From Octopus sinensis (Eukaryota): a stretch of 64,000 nucleotides of DNA. The notes under the pieces were generated by a model. The model saw only the letters and a list, made by a program, of their open reading frames with translations. It ran no database searches and was not told the DNA's origin. The translations under genes were made by a program, and so were the position numbers. Position 1 is the first letter of the stretch. Every line of letters begins with the position of its first letter. Location of the stretch: contig NC_042998.1 in assembly GCF_006345805.1 (NCBI RefSeq), forward strand, positions 4,588,001 through 4,652,000, given 5' to 3'. Shown here piece after piece: positions 12,330 to 24,873 of this stretch.

Positions 12330-12890
12330 TCAGTTTTCGAACAATAAACGGCAAAATAGTTGTCATGTTGAAGAGTATCTTTTGCTATCCAAATCCAGGA
12401 ACAACAAAATAAATTACACGCAAAAAGGACAGAGGTGCAGAGAAAATACACAGATAACAAGTAATGAAGGTTCTGCGGCATTAAGCGAGAAATGTAGCTT
12501 GCATCATAATCAGTTGTCTGAAAATGTAATTCTGTTACTATGTTTTGAGACATGATGACGTGGCCAAAAAAGTATAAAATACAATCCATGCGAATTTTCA
12601 TCCTGAACATTCGATGTAGCCTTATTGCCCCAAATTATGATTGAATATTTCTGGAAGGTTCTTGTGAAAATCGCTGAAAGCTGAATATGCATCAACCCAG
12701 GTATAATGACCGAGTAGAAGTACCAATAAATGTACAAAGTAGTATAAATCAGTTCTCCAGCAGACGTCGCTTTAATTTCAGATACAAGGTAAAGAAAGTA
12801 ACTCTGCCAAACTCACGAGAAATCTGCAGATCTAATGCCCGGGACTACAGCCAGATTTATATTCAGGTATCTGGCGATTTGCTTATATAC
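12330..12890 (-). pseudogene. Decayed intronless class A GPCR (TM1-TM5), abutting the Gypsy insertion
   Basis: TM1/ICL1 FGRVTFFTLYLKLKRRLLEN*FILL. TM3 end SAIFTRTFQKY, with a Trp 27 residues later at the 4.50-like position. TM5 VLFACNLFCCSWIWIAK is one substitution from Pro at 5.50 and one from Tyr at 5.58. Needs frameshifts and an internal deletion of about 28 codons. Confidence 0.5.
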
Positions 12891-13323
12891 CTAACTGATT
12901 AAACCCATTGTAGATGGAATGGTGTATAAAAATCAGGAAGAGCAGATGGAATTAAGAAATTACCATAGTAAGTCATATATACAATGTTTTACATTAATGT
13001 AAATAAATTCCGAAATACATAAACGCGTAAACATATGTATATGTACTCATACATAAATCAAAATATAGTGATCTGTACTTGCAATGACGAGTGTAAGTGT
13101 ATTGATAAACACAAACAATTAAGTATACACCAGCATACGCACGAATGTATGAAGTACGTGCATATACACATACACAGAAACGCTTACATTCATACACACA
13201 AACATATAAGACTTCCTATATGATGATGTCCATAGTTCAGTCAAAACTTCTCGTTTCTTGACTGGAGACATTGTCTTGTTCAGTTGGTGAGATTTTTTAA
13301 AGAATACACTCAAAATAACTTTT

Positions 13324-13360
<37 letters not shown>

Positions 13361-14224
13361 CATACATACATATACGTATATATATAAATATATATATATA
13401 TACATACATACGTATACATATATATATATATATGAATATATATATATATATACATATATACATGGCGCCGTAAACATCAAAGGTGTAAAGAAACATCCAA
13501 TAAAATGTGTGCTTGAATATATTTTTAATAATTTTGCAGAAAACAGGTTAGTTTCTTTGATATAACAAGATAAACAAGTTACCATCATTCAGACAAAATT
13601 ATAACATAAGTGTATTTCTCACCACGCAAGTTCTCGCTTCGATGATCATGATCATGCCGGTTAAGAATAACAGTAAAACCAACACTCTAAAACTTATTGA
13701 CTTCGGCGAAAATATTCAATAACTCCATTTGATCACATCTGTCTAAAATCTACGGAGATTCTAACCATGAACTCAAGACTTGTATAAGAAATTTCATTGC
13801 CAAATTTCAAGTCTGTATCGTCAAACAGTCGGCCATAAGAATGCTTTCGGCCGACAAGGAAAATGATATTTTAGGTAAATGGTTCATATCGGGTTGATTG
13901 TACCCACACACATACACATGCGAGTATATATTTAGTCTACGAAAGCCATTATTCATCAACATACTTTATTTTTTACATGCGGGCTTCTATATAGTTATTT
14001 AGATATCTAATGTACAAATGGAACAGATGCTTACCCGAAGTTCATGAGGAAGGAATACTATTGATGAGTTAGATTATTGCTTAAAGAAGAGCTCAATGCG
14101 AAATACAAGATTATAGGTAACAACACTCTAGCTGTCCCCTTTATAAGTTATAGTTATGATATTCTCAATTGGACATATAATAAATACTAAATTAAGCATA
14201 GTATATATATATATATATATAATA

Positions 14225-14264
<40 letters not shown>

Positions 14265-14332
14265 ATGTGGTGGGGTGTACATATATATATACATATATAC
14301 ATACATACATATATATATATATACATACGTAT

Positions 14333-14391
<59 letters not shown>

Positions 14392-14614
14392 CATATATAC
14401 ACGTTGAGGTAGTTAAGCACGTAACGGTCAGGTGACATATTTTTTCTTGCTTGCAAATCCTCTGATGAAATAATTACTCATCGATGGGTGCTCAACTAGC
14501 TGCTCATTAGGCCGGAAAATATCTTACTCACATGACTGTTACATTGTCATAAAGGATTCTCAAGTTAATTCGCCGAAGATCTATTCATAGCAACTCAAGT
14601 TGCTAACCGTGAAC

Positions 14615-15290
14615 TTTATAATAAGGGTTGTTTCTGTCTTTAGGATCCTCACTCCGGTTATCTCCGCCTCCAGATCTTTGTATTTTCTATGATTCTCAAC
14701 TTCTTTTAGAGATACATTGCCATCTGTTTGTATTGCTACATCGATTAGAAGGCATGTGTTTTGTTAATGGTCTCTGACAACTAGATCCGGTCTATTTGTC
14801 TTAATTTCCGAATATGTATGTATTGGCATATCCCAAGGTATGGTTGCTTTGTCATTTTCAGAGATTTTTCTGGGGTGGGCCTATACCATTTCTTTTCTGT
14901 TGTCATTCCAGTGTATATAGATCCCAACTCTGTTATGTCTGTGGACATATTTTTTCTTAGCCAGGATTGGGAAGCTAGAGACTATATGGTTTATTGTTTC
15001 TTCCTCATCACCACATGTTCTGCAGTTACTTGAAATTTACCTCATTATGTATTTCTAGTGGTTTCTGGTGGGATGGTTTTGATCTTGTGCTGCAATTAAA
15101 ACCTGATTTGAGTCTTCGTCTCTGATTTGAGTCCTCTGATTTTCCAGCATTGTTGGGATTTTACTTTGTCCCCAGCCTGCAGACTAAGGCGACACTTGAT
15201 TACTGATTATGCAACAAGGAATCTGCAGAGAACTCTTGCACTTCCAAGCATGATGACTTTTGTATGTGTTTTCTGTCTACATGTGTAACA
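14615..15290 (-). mobile_element. R4/Dong-like LINE fragments (CCHC plus restriction-like endonuclease)
   Basis: GLKSET...AQDQ, CRTCGDEEETINHIVSSFPILAKK.Y.HRHN, NRPDLVV...CLLIDVAI...KYKDLE, and the separate C-terminus KVIMLGSARVLCRFL* at 15207-15290. Confidence 0.85.
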
Positions 15291-15735
15291 ATCGCTTTGA
15301 ACCGTGTTCGTAGTTGAGTTCTGACCACTTACCATTGGTACCACCATTATTTTTATTGTTGTGGTTGTTGTTGTTGCTGTTGTTGTTATTACTATTATAA
15401 CTACAGCTCTTTTTATTTGTGGATATTGTGGACGTATGATCGGAAGCACGTGTATGTGCATGTATATGACAACAAAAATGTATTAAACGTTGAAGCTTCT
15501 ACGAAAGAAAAAAACTAGGTTATTATTTTGAGCATTACTGATTATTTGATGGGCGCATTATAATCTAGAACTTATTAGTAAATGGCTTTCATAAACTCAA
15601 ACTGTCTCCGCATCGTGATTCATGTTCACAGTCAGTATTTTCTGCTTTCTGTTTATATATATTTGCTAGTTTATACTCTCATAAACCACTATGTTACACA
15701 AACGCAAATATAGACTGATGGATATATATATATAC

Positions 15736-15807
<72 letters not shown>

Positions 15808-16490
15808 TTAAATGCATACAGGCGTACTTATAAGCTGACATACATAAATATGTGAATATATGAAGTAAAATAATTACAGGGTTTAATGTTAAGCTTTCTG
15901 TTGATGCCATTCGTGATGTTTCTGATTTGACCACCGTCGTAGTTGTCGTTGTTTTTGTAAATGCTGTAGTTGTTACAATTTGCTGCTATCGTTGCTTCTG
16001 CTGATTTGGTGGTAGTAGCACATTAATAGATATTTCATTTTTCTTTCTGTCTACTAACTTTCATGATCATGACGTTAATATTCTTGCTTTTCGAGCTGAT
16101 AATGTTAATGTTGGAGGATTTATCTCTGGTTCAGTTTCTTTTTTTTTTTTCGTTTTGGTGGTGTTTTTGAGGATGAGATTTGCGTGTGTAACTCCAGCAT
16201 ATGTAGATGAGTTAGAGAATCATTATATATTTATATATAGGATTTATATGAATAGGCTTGGTTGTATCCGGAACATAAACACATATATATACCTATATTT
16301 ATATATGTGTTTGAGCGTGTATATATTTATATATAAGCGTATATGTTTGTATAGTTACATGTATCAGTATAAGCCATTTATACACAAACGCATATATATA
16401 CGGTACATATTTATATATATATGTATGTGTGTGTGTGTGCACACACATATTTATAGATACACGGGCATTTATATACACACACACACATAT

Positions 16491-16574
<84 letters not shown>

Positions 16575-16639
16575 GTACTTATATACTTACATCCATGACA
16601 ACATATGTGAATATATATATATTTATATATGGGTGTGTG

Positions 16640-16670
<31 letters not shown>

Positions 16671-17427
16671 CACGAATGTAATATAATACTGTGTGGTGTA
16701 GCACCTTGACTTGTGTTAAATATTGATTATTCTTGTTGACAGTATTGTGCCTTGTATTGTCGTTACTGTTAGGACACATTATCAAGCTGCAAGCGGATTA
16801 TTTCCAAACGTTCACAAATGGGCATTAGATACGTTTACTTCTGTTATGAAACAAAACGAGGGAAACTTATTTGTTGGTTAGCAGATTCACTAAAATATGC
16901 TGGTGATTTTGGCTTATTTTCTATGTTTTTCCCTTTTAATCATCGTTACCACCATCATTGTCACGTGGTGGTCAACACCATTGTCATCGTCATCAGTATC
17001 ATTATTACCATTAGTATCATCTGCAAGAGCATCACTATTAGGAGAAGTGTAGGTCTCAATTTTCTGAACGTTATAGCTGTAATCCCCATCCATTCCAGAG
17101 ACATTGTCACTGTTAACATAAGCGTTTGGCGTTTTCGCAATTTTTAAACTAATCAGTGGTAGGATGAGTATTTTAGCATGATCCAACTTTTCTCTATATA
17201 TTAACCTATAGCAACAACCAGTGCATCCTCAACATAAGGTATACCCCATCAAATGCGCCGCGATACTACACAGTAGCATATACGCTACCATACACTCTCT
17301 TTGGACATTCTTTGAAATGTGAATATCAAATTGGCTTTCCTTTAGCATTTGCCTGGATATGCGCGTCATTATACAGCTTTTGCTAAGCTGACAATATTTA
17401 ATATGTATTTTACGTATATCGAATATT

Positions 17428-17491
<64 letters not shown>

Positions 17492-17631
17492 ACCCATGTA
17501 TTTGTGTATGTATACATACATACACTTATATATACATAAGCATATATAAGTATATATATGTGTATGCTATATATATATAATGTTTGTGTATATATATATA
17601 TGTATATATATGCATATGTATAGATATGTAC

Positions 17632-17669
<38 letters not shown>

Positions 17670-17796
17670 TATATATATATATGTATATATATATTATATA
17701 TGTATATGTATATACATGTTTATATATATATATGTATGTATATATATATATGTATATACATGTCTATATATATATATATATATATATGTATATACA

Positions 17797-17852
<56 letters not shown>

Positions 17853-17909
17853 TGTATGTATACATGTATGTATGCATGTATGTATGTATATATGTATATA
17901 TATATGTAC

Positions 17910-18370
17910 ACGAAGAATACTACTGCGCTCATTTTCCTCCGAAAGGCTATAGACATTAATCAACAGAAGTGGCGCTTTCGTCACTTTCTTTTCTACCGCT
18001 TCAAGTGACATTTGTCTCTGAAACTCGTTACATTTTTATTGATTAAGTTATTTTTTCCATCTATTACCAGTGGAAATTCTTGTTCTCAGGTTTATCGTGA
18101 TGTTTTCTCTTTGGTGCCTTTTCCTGCCTTCCCCCTCCATTTTTTTCTACTGGTCTTAATAGAATCCTATTGATTGCCTTTTTATTATTCCTATGTGAGC
18201 TATAATCGCTGTGGAGTTTTATCATTGTAAGTCGTTTCAGTATTATATGTTTTAGATTCATATTGTTCTTATGTTGCTTTAATTAGTCAATAAGTTCTAA
18301 AACTTATGTTGAAACCCTTGCGTGACTTTGTTTAATATTAGTGCTATAAGTAAGAACTACTTGAAGGCAT
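17910..18370 (-). mobile_element. Possible decayed LINE APE endonuclease fragment
   Basis: [16 protein letters not shown] resembles the APE motif LINVYAP...ER; upstream YSSHRNNKK...ILL. Heavily disrupted. Confidence 0.4.
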
Positions 18371-18555
18371 TTCCCCGTAATATTATATACACATATTATT
18401 TTACTTTCTGTCCTCTAATAACTTCTGTTAACAACTAAATCCTTTGTCTGTCAACCACTTGAATACCTAAAGCATTCAATGCGGCCTCTTGTGTTTCCTG
18501 AATCTTTAAAGGATTGTAACCAATTTTCTTATTAAAGAGAAAGTAATATTGACAT

Positions 18556-18915
18556 GTGTGGTAAGTAGCTTGCTAACCAACCACATTGTTTCGGGTTCAG
18601 TCCCACTGCGAAGCACCTTGGGCAAGTGTCTTCTTGTCTTCTGCTATAGCCTCGGGCCGACCAAAGCCTTGTGAGTGGATTTGGTAGACGGAAACTCAAA
18701 GAAGCCGTCGTATATATGTCTGTGTTTGCCCCCCAACATCGCTTGACAACGGAATTTGGTGTGTTTACGTCCCCGTAACTTAGCGGTTCAGCAAAAGAGA
18801 CCGATAGAATCAGTCCTAGGCTTACAAAGAATAAATCCTGGGGTCGATTTACTCGACTAAATGCGGTGCTCCAGCATGACCGCAGTCAAATGACTGAAAC
18901 AAATAAAAAAGTAAA
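18556..18915 (+). mobile_element. tRNA-derived SINE (GTAAGTAGCTTGCT family), slightly 5'-truncated
   Basis: Aligns by eye to 6553-6936 throughout. Confidence 0.9.
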
Positions 18916-19409
18916 CTTGTAAAGAGAGTATTCTAAACCTGTTTATTTCGATTTATAAACCATTATTTGGATCTTTTCTATTCTGAAGCCAGTTTTTTCA
19001 AATTTTTCCTACTGAACCAAACAATTTGAAACTTCGTATACTGGTAGAATGTGTCAAAAGTAAACTTAATTGTAAACCAGAATGAAAACGGAATTGTAAC
19101 TTCTAAGTTAAACGTTGTTTAATAATTAGAATTTTAACCAATGATATTCCGTCATTCGGCTTTATTTTATTTACTCCGTCTCGACCACCAATTTCGTGAC
19201 GTATTAAACAATGTAAACAAGCTATAGTCAGCCACCTTCTAATAACAAAAGTTTGTCTTTGAAGTTACCGTCTAGGGGAAGCATTGATGTACATGTGTGT
19301 GTGTGTGTTTGATGGGGTGTGGGAGACAGTATGTTGTGTAAGTGAAGTGCTTCTGTTAGTGTGTGTGAAGAGACAGAGAGAGTAATGTGTGAAAGAGAGA
19401 GATAACTGA

Positions 19410-19586
19410 AATTTTTTACTCGGTGTATGTGTATATGCCTGAATGTATGTGTGTATGTATCTGTGTATGTGTATGTATGTATGTATGTATGGCCGATTCA
19501 ATGTAATTTTTTACACATACTTACACACACACACACACATACATACACACACACATGCAGACATACATATACACATACACCGAGTA

Positions 19587-19592
<6 letters not shown>
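19410..19592. repeat. Inverted repeat with microsatellite-derived arms
   Basis: AATTTTTTACTCGGTGTATGTGTATATG (19410-19437) versus CATATACACATACACCGAGTAAAAATT (19566-19592). Confidence 0.8.
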
Positions 19593-19627
<35 letters not shown>

Positions 19628-20399
19628 TTTATAAAAATATGGTAAAGTAAAAAAATTACTTAACCACACACCGAGCTTTTTAGAAATAGCAGCCAAAAAT
19701 TTCTCAACTGCAAGAAAAAGTCTCCCAGACAATGCATACTCAGAAATAATTCGCATACGTATAAGAGAAAAACAACGAAAAATCACATGGATTCTCCGAT
19801 ATATGTTATAAAAATATGGATTCTCCGATATAATTTATAAAAATATGGTAAAGTAAAAAAATTACTTTACCACACACAAAGCTTTTTAGAAATAGCAGAC
19901 GTCACAAAACTGCTTTCAACGTCACACTAACAGATCGCAGTAACGTTTTAGATATGAAAACAAGCAATCTCATTGGTTAAAATTCGCAGTTTTAATCTAC
20001 GATTAAAGTCATAAAATAGATTTTTCTCAAATAAACTAGTTCCAACTGGCGAATAAACTAGTTCCACTCTATGAGTACACAAAGTTTCAAATTATTTAGT
20101 TAACTAGAAAGATCTGGGGTCCTGGCCACAAATTTGAAAAGATCCCCATTATTTTCCAGAAGAATTTTGTCAGTATTTTTAAAATCTATTTTGAATATTT
20201 CAGTTACGGCATATTAGTGAGATTTTGAACTATATCTTAATGATTATTGATATTTTCATAGGTATAGTTATACGATGCAAAGTTATTTAACATGTCTATA
20301 ACTGGTGCTTGGTAAGGAGTGATATCCATGACAATTACCACCCAACTCAAACAGGAAGCACCGCAGCATCAGCGCAATTGCCGTTAACAACTATTAAAC

Positions 20400-21200
20400 C
20401 TATTCACATCCTATTTGAGTACTACATCCACATCTAATAAGCATAGAACTATTAGACATCAACCAATGTTATTTTAAAACATAAGCCCGCTAAATTTGAA
20501 CAAATGAAAAGAAAAATTAATCGTGTATACTCCACCTTATTTGTAGGACTGTGAAAGACATAACACTGTACCTTCTTCACTGAAAGAAAGGAAAATGTGT
20601 GGTCGATAGAATTGATGAAACGGTTAAATTTCGTTTTCTTGATGACGTTAAAAATAAAAGAAACCGTGACGAGTTTTGAGACAACGTGATTCCTTCACTG
20701 AAACAATTGAATTGATATTTTATCACAGTCAGGCAATAATGCGTGAAGATACTGACACAGTAGCTTGTCATTAGCAGAGGTGGTAAATAACTTGTTAATT
20801 CATAAATAATGACTAAGATACAAGTAGAAAAGACAAAGAACGAATATATATGTTTACCTTGGATTGTAATATTTAATTGCACCGAGGTTGACTTTGCCTT
20901 TCCTCCTTTCGGGGTCGATAAATTAAGTACCAGTTGTGCACTGCAGCCAATCTAGTTGACTGGCCCCTTCATCCCAAAATTTCTGGCTTTATGCCTAGAG
21001 TACAAAAGAATATTTCATTGCACCAGTACCTTCAATAAATAAACAATAGCTTTCTATTCTACTTGCATAACGTGAGTACTTTATGGTGAGCCACACATTG
21101 TAGAGTAGATGATTAGTCACTGCCTCAGTGCAGAATATTTAGTAGCACAAAACAGAAATTGTTGCCTCTCTGGGGTATGCTTTTTGAAACATTTTAGATA
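20400..21200 (-). pseudogene. Decayed class A GPCR (TM4-TM7) interrupted by a SINE fragment
   Basis: HLLYNVWL (TM4), ESYCLF (ECL2), SYLPPLLMTSYCVSIF (20745-20789, TM5 LP....CY..IF), RKRNLTVSSIL (TM6), WLMSNSSM (20442-20465, TM7). Confidence 0.45.
20884..21011 (+). mobile_element. 5'-truncated SINE (TAAGGCGGCGAGCTG family) with target-site duplication
   Basis: Tail GACTTTGCCTTTC.TCCTTTCGGGGTCGATAAATTAAGTACCAGTTG is shared with copies at 23266-23706. Flanked by ATTTAATTGCACC (20871-20883) and ATTTCATTGCACC (21012-21024). Confidence 0.8.
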
Positions 21201-21824
21201 TGAGGTTGCTTAAAAATACCGGGAGAGAATGTTAGAAGTAGAAATATAAAAACATTCTGGTAACGTGAGTTTTGATTGGTAGTAGTATAGAATAGCATGC
21301 CTTTCACGTATTCAATGGACTTGTTTCGTTTCTGAGCTATTTTCTTTGCCATTCCAACGCACACAGAAAATAATTCACTAAGGTTATTTAAGTTTTTTTA
21401 TCTTGTTGATATTATTTTAGTCAGTTATTTATAGACTAGAAATGAAACATGTATTGTCTCGATGGGAACCTCATAAAATAGCAGACCACCTACCGGTTAG
21501 TTGATTTGAAGCATCACAGTCTGCAGAGCCATGTTTGCAGTATACTTGGATTGTTTATGTTTCCATGAATAAAAGATCCAGTGGAAGGAAAACTTTGATG
21601 TGTAGGTAATGAACCAGGATAAATAGGAAAGGAGAGGAGGGGAAGTGCTTCGAACGTCTTTGTGTTTGTGAGAGTAATTGTTTCGACTCTTGCCACAACA
21701 CTATTGTTACGCGAGGAGTGCAAGAACCACAAAACAGCTATTTCATTTGACTTCATTGAAAAATCACTATTTGTATATGGTTATTTATTACTTGAGTAAT
21801 TGCATGCAAATCTGTCTCCACTCT

Positions 21825-22117
21825 GTGGAGGCATATGGCCTAGTGGTTAGAACAGCGGACTCGCGGTCGAGGGATCGCGGGTTTGAATTTCAGACCGGGT
21901 GATGTGTGTGTTTATGAGCGAAACACCTAAGCTCCACGTGGCTCTGGCAGAAGAAGGTTAATGGCGAACTTCTGCTGACTCTTTCGCCACAACTTTCTCT
22001 CACTGTTTCCTCCTGCATCTTGCAGCTCACCTTCGACGGACCCGCGTTCCGTCAAGGTGGGGAACCTATACGCCAATGAAACCGGGAAACCGGCTCTTAT
22101 GAGCCAGGCATGGTTCG
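21825..22117 (+). mobile_element. tRNA-derived SINE (GTGGAGGC-head group)
   Basis: Head GTGGAGGCATATGGCCTAGTGGTTAGAACAGCGGACTCGCGGTC is shared with 24874 and 40911; the 3' part differs. Confidence 0.85.
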
Positions 22118-22358
22118 GTACAAAAATCATGCAAATCTGTACAACACTGAAACACTGAAATTTCAAACTAAAATGACAATGTAACGATAGAGAAGCTAAT
22201 GTTGTTGTTGAAAAATAATAATAATGAGGAGACGGGGGAATAATCAGAATTATAACAGAGACAACGACTATGACGATAATGATGATTAAGATTTTTGAGG
22301 ATAAACTAAGGCAACAATTAATTTCACTGTAGTAGTGAACGCATGAAATATATATGCT

Positions 22359-22630
22359 TCAAAAGTTCTTAATTTCCCCCTCTCGCAATAGATAACAAGT
22401 TAATATATATAAGAGGTTGTTTGTAAACAAGACAGCAACCATAATTCCATGAAAATGTATGCGTGTCATCTTCAATGAACGCTTATAAAATATTAACGCT
22501 GATAATGTGTCCAGAATAATAGTAGCTAGTCTGCCGCTGATTTCTAAATGAGAAGGCTTTAGACATACCTTCCATGCATGGATTAGCTCATTAGTCATCT
22601 CGCTAAAAATGCTGCAAGTTCATTTTCAAA
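22359..22630 (-). pseudogene. Possible decayed peptide-receptor-like GPCR start (N-terminus, TM1-TM2)
   Basis: VCLKPSHLEISGRLATIILDTLSALIFYKRSLKMTRIHFHGIMVAVLFTNNLL resembles P...G..GN.LS..IF.R..M..T...Y...LAV.D. Asp at 1.50 is one base from Asn. Confidence 0.35.
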
Positions 22631-23265
22631 CCATTACGTAGATGACATGCCTGTCGGTTAACATGTCCATTAGATTTTATCCTTCTCGTTTATGACATTC
22701 TAGCTATTCTCCAGAGGAATTTCCTTTTATTTCACTTTATAAATCTGAGAAATAAATATGTCCACAAGCATCACATGTTAATCTCTTTATGATTATTCAA
22801 TCCTTCTGGTTATGAGGATATAGGATTACGCTTCCCCTTATTATAAATCATTTATTTATTTCTCTAATGAGGCAGAACGTAACTGTGTTTCTATAATAAA
22901 ACTCCTTAGAGTAGGCGAATATCAGGCTCCTTCTTCAGCCATAAAAAAATTTATTCCTTGCAAAACTATAGGCTTTATATTACTCTTTTATCAATTTTTA
23001 TGTATATTTTCAAAATTACAAATTATCGATTTCAGAAAAATCATTACGAAATAATGGCAACAAACAATAATTGCCTAGTTTCAACTATTAAACGCATTTT
23101 ATTTCCATTTCATAATTAGCAAGAAAGGATGTTGACTGTCTCTGGGTAACTTGGCACGAAATGCTAAACAAAACAGAGGGAGGGGAAATGAAATGAGAGA
23201 GTTTTGAAATATGCTTCACCTGTGTTGTTGAATGATGATGTATTCAGTGCACGTTGTAATATTCG

Positions 23266-23706
23266 TTTCAAGTTTTGGCACAAGGTCCGCAAGTTCGGAC
23301 AGCGGGTAAATTGATTACATCGACCCCAGTGTGCAACTGGAACTTATTTTATCGAATCCGAAAGTTTGAAAAGTAAAATCGACCTCGGCGGAATTTGAAC
23401 GCAGAATGTAAAGACGGACAAAATGTTTCTAAGATTTTTTTCCCGGTGTGCTAACAATTCTGCAAGCTCCCCTGTTTCTTTATTACCCACAAGGGGCTAA
23501 ATACGGAGGGGACAATCAAGGACAGACAAACGGATTAAGTCGATTACATCAACCCGAGTGCGTAACTGGTACTTATTTAATCGATCCCGAAAGGATAAAA
23601 GGCAAAGTCGACCTCGGCGGAATTTGAACTCAGAACGTAGCGGCAGACGAAATACCGTTGCGCATTTCGCCCGGCGTGCTGACGATTCTGACAGCTCGCC
23701 GCCTTA
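23266..23706 (-). mobile_element. Two tandem SINE copies (TAAGGCGGCGAGCTG family): 23266-23470 and 23471-23706
   Basis: Both carry TCGACCTCGGCGGAATTTGAAC.CAGAA.GTA; reverse complement matches the plus copy at 38823. Confidence 0.85.
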
Positions 23707-23730
23707 GTACTCGTAGCAATATTAAATATT

Positions 23731-23755
23731 GTGGTGGTGGTGGTGGTGGTGGGGG

Positions 23756-23807
<52 letters not shown>

Positions 23808-23893
23808 GGTGGTGGTGGTGGTGGTGGTGGTGATGATGGTGGTGGTGGTGGTGGTGGTGATGGTGGTGATGATGATGAATATGATGATGATGA

Positions 23894-23927
<34 letters not shown>

Positions 23928-23998
23928 GGTGGTGGTGGTGGTGATGATGATGATGATGATGATGATGATGGTGATGGTGGTGATGATGATGAATATGA

Positions 23999-24031
<33 letters not shown>

Positions 24032-24058
24032 CGGTGGTGGTGGTGGTGGTGGTGGTGG

Positions 24059-24096
<38 letters not shown>

Positions 24097-24126
24097 GTGA
24101 TGATGATAATGATGATGATGATGATT
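23731..24126. repeat. Compound (GGT)n/(GAT)n trinucleotide array
   Basis: Alternating GGT and GAT runs; a block marked by GAATAT and GGCGGT occurs twice. Confidence 0.95.
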
Positions 24127-24873
24127 CTTAGTATGGATATCTCTTTAATTTATTGGTATCTTTCTTTAAAGCAATATATATTCAGATATTACGTTCAAAT
24201 ATTTCAGGAATTATGGTTTCGTTATTACTACATACAACATACTCTTTTTATGAAATTTTTGATTCAGTTGTTAAAGCTGTTAATGCAGTGAGATTCGTTT
24301 CCTAATTTTAAACATGTAAATTAGCGATTAAATATTACACGTCAATGATAGCCGGTTATAACACTTTACTGCTATTCTTTTTTTTATGTTAGAAATTTAT
24401 ATACAACAAAGTGTAGAATATGGGCCACAGGAATTAAATTTAAATCAACACATTAGGATGTATTATCATTAATTCAACAGCACATATTTCATATATTTTT
24501 GTTTTGTGTGGCAATAGATTATACAAGACAATATTCAGTGTACGTGGGCACATGCATATTGTTTTGACGTTGGATTGACTTATGTGAGATAATCAGTAAT
24601 TTGTGATTTGATTTTACTAGCCCAACGCAGTGCTACATAGATCGAATTAGAAAAAAATAATGTGAGTTCTCTTTCATAAATGAAACTCTCAATACATTTT
24701 GCTCCAAATTAAAACTGTATTGACAATCTAGAAGATCAAAGGGTTGATCTAAAAGAGGACAATCATGATTAAACAGAAATAATGATAAGAGATATGTTTC
24801 CAAAAATTATAACTCTCTTTAATTTTATTGGGTTCTTATATATATCATTGATTAGTGCTGTAATAACGTACTA

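Noticed and set aside
12330-12890. Cys-loop (chemotactile or nicotinic receptor-like) reading: TFFTLYLKLKRR, SNRITFS, LMPQN
   Set aside because: The M1 to M2-M3 loop spacing would be about 83 residues instead of roughly 45; GPCR spacings fit better. Not fully excluded.
23658-24291. Poly-Gly/Asp and poly-Val/Met ORFs
   Set aside because: Produced by the GGT/GAT array; no non-repetitive coding context.
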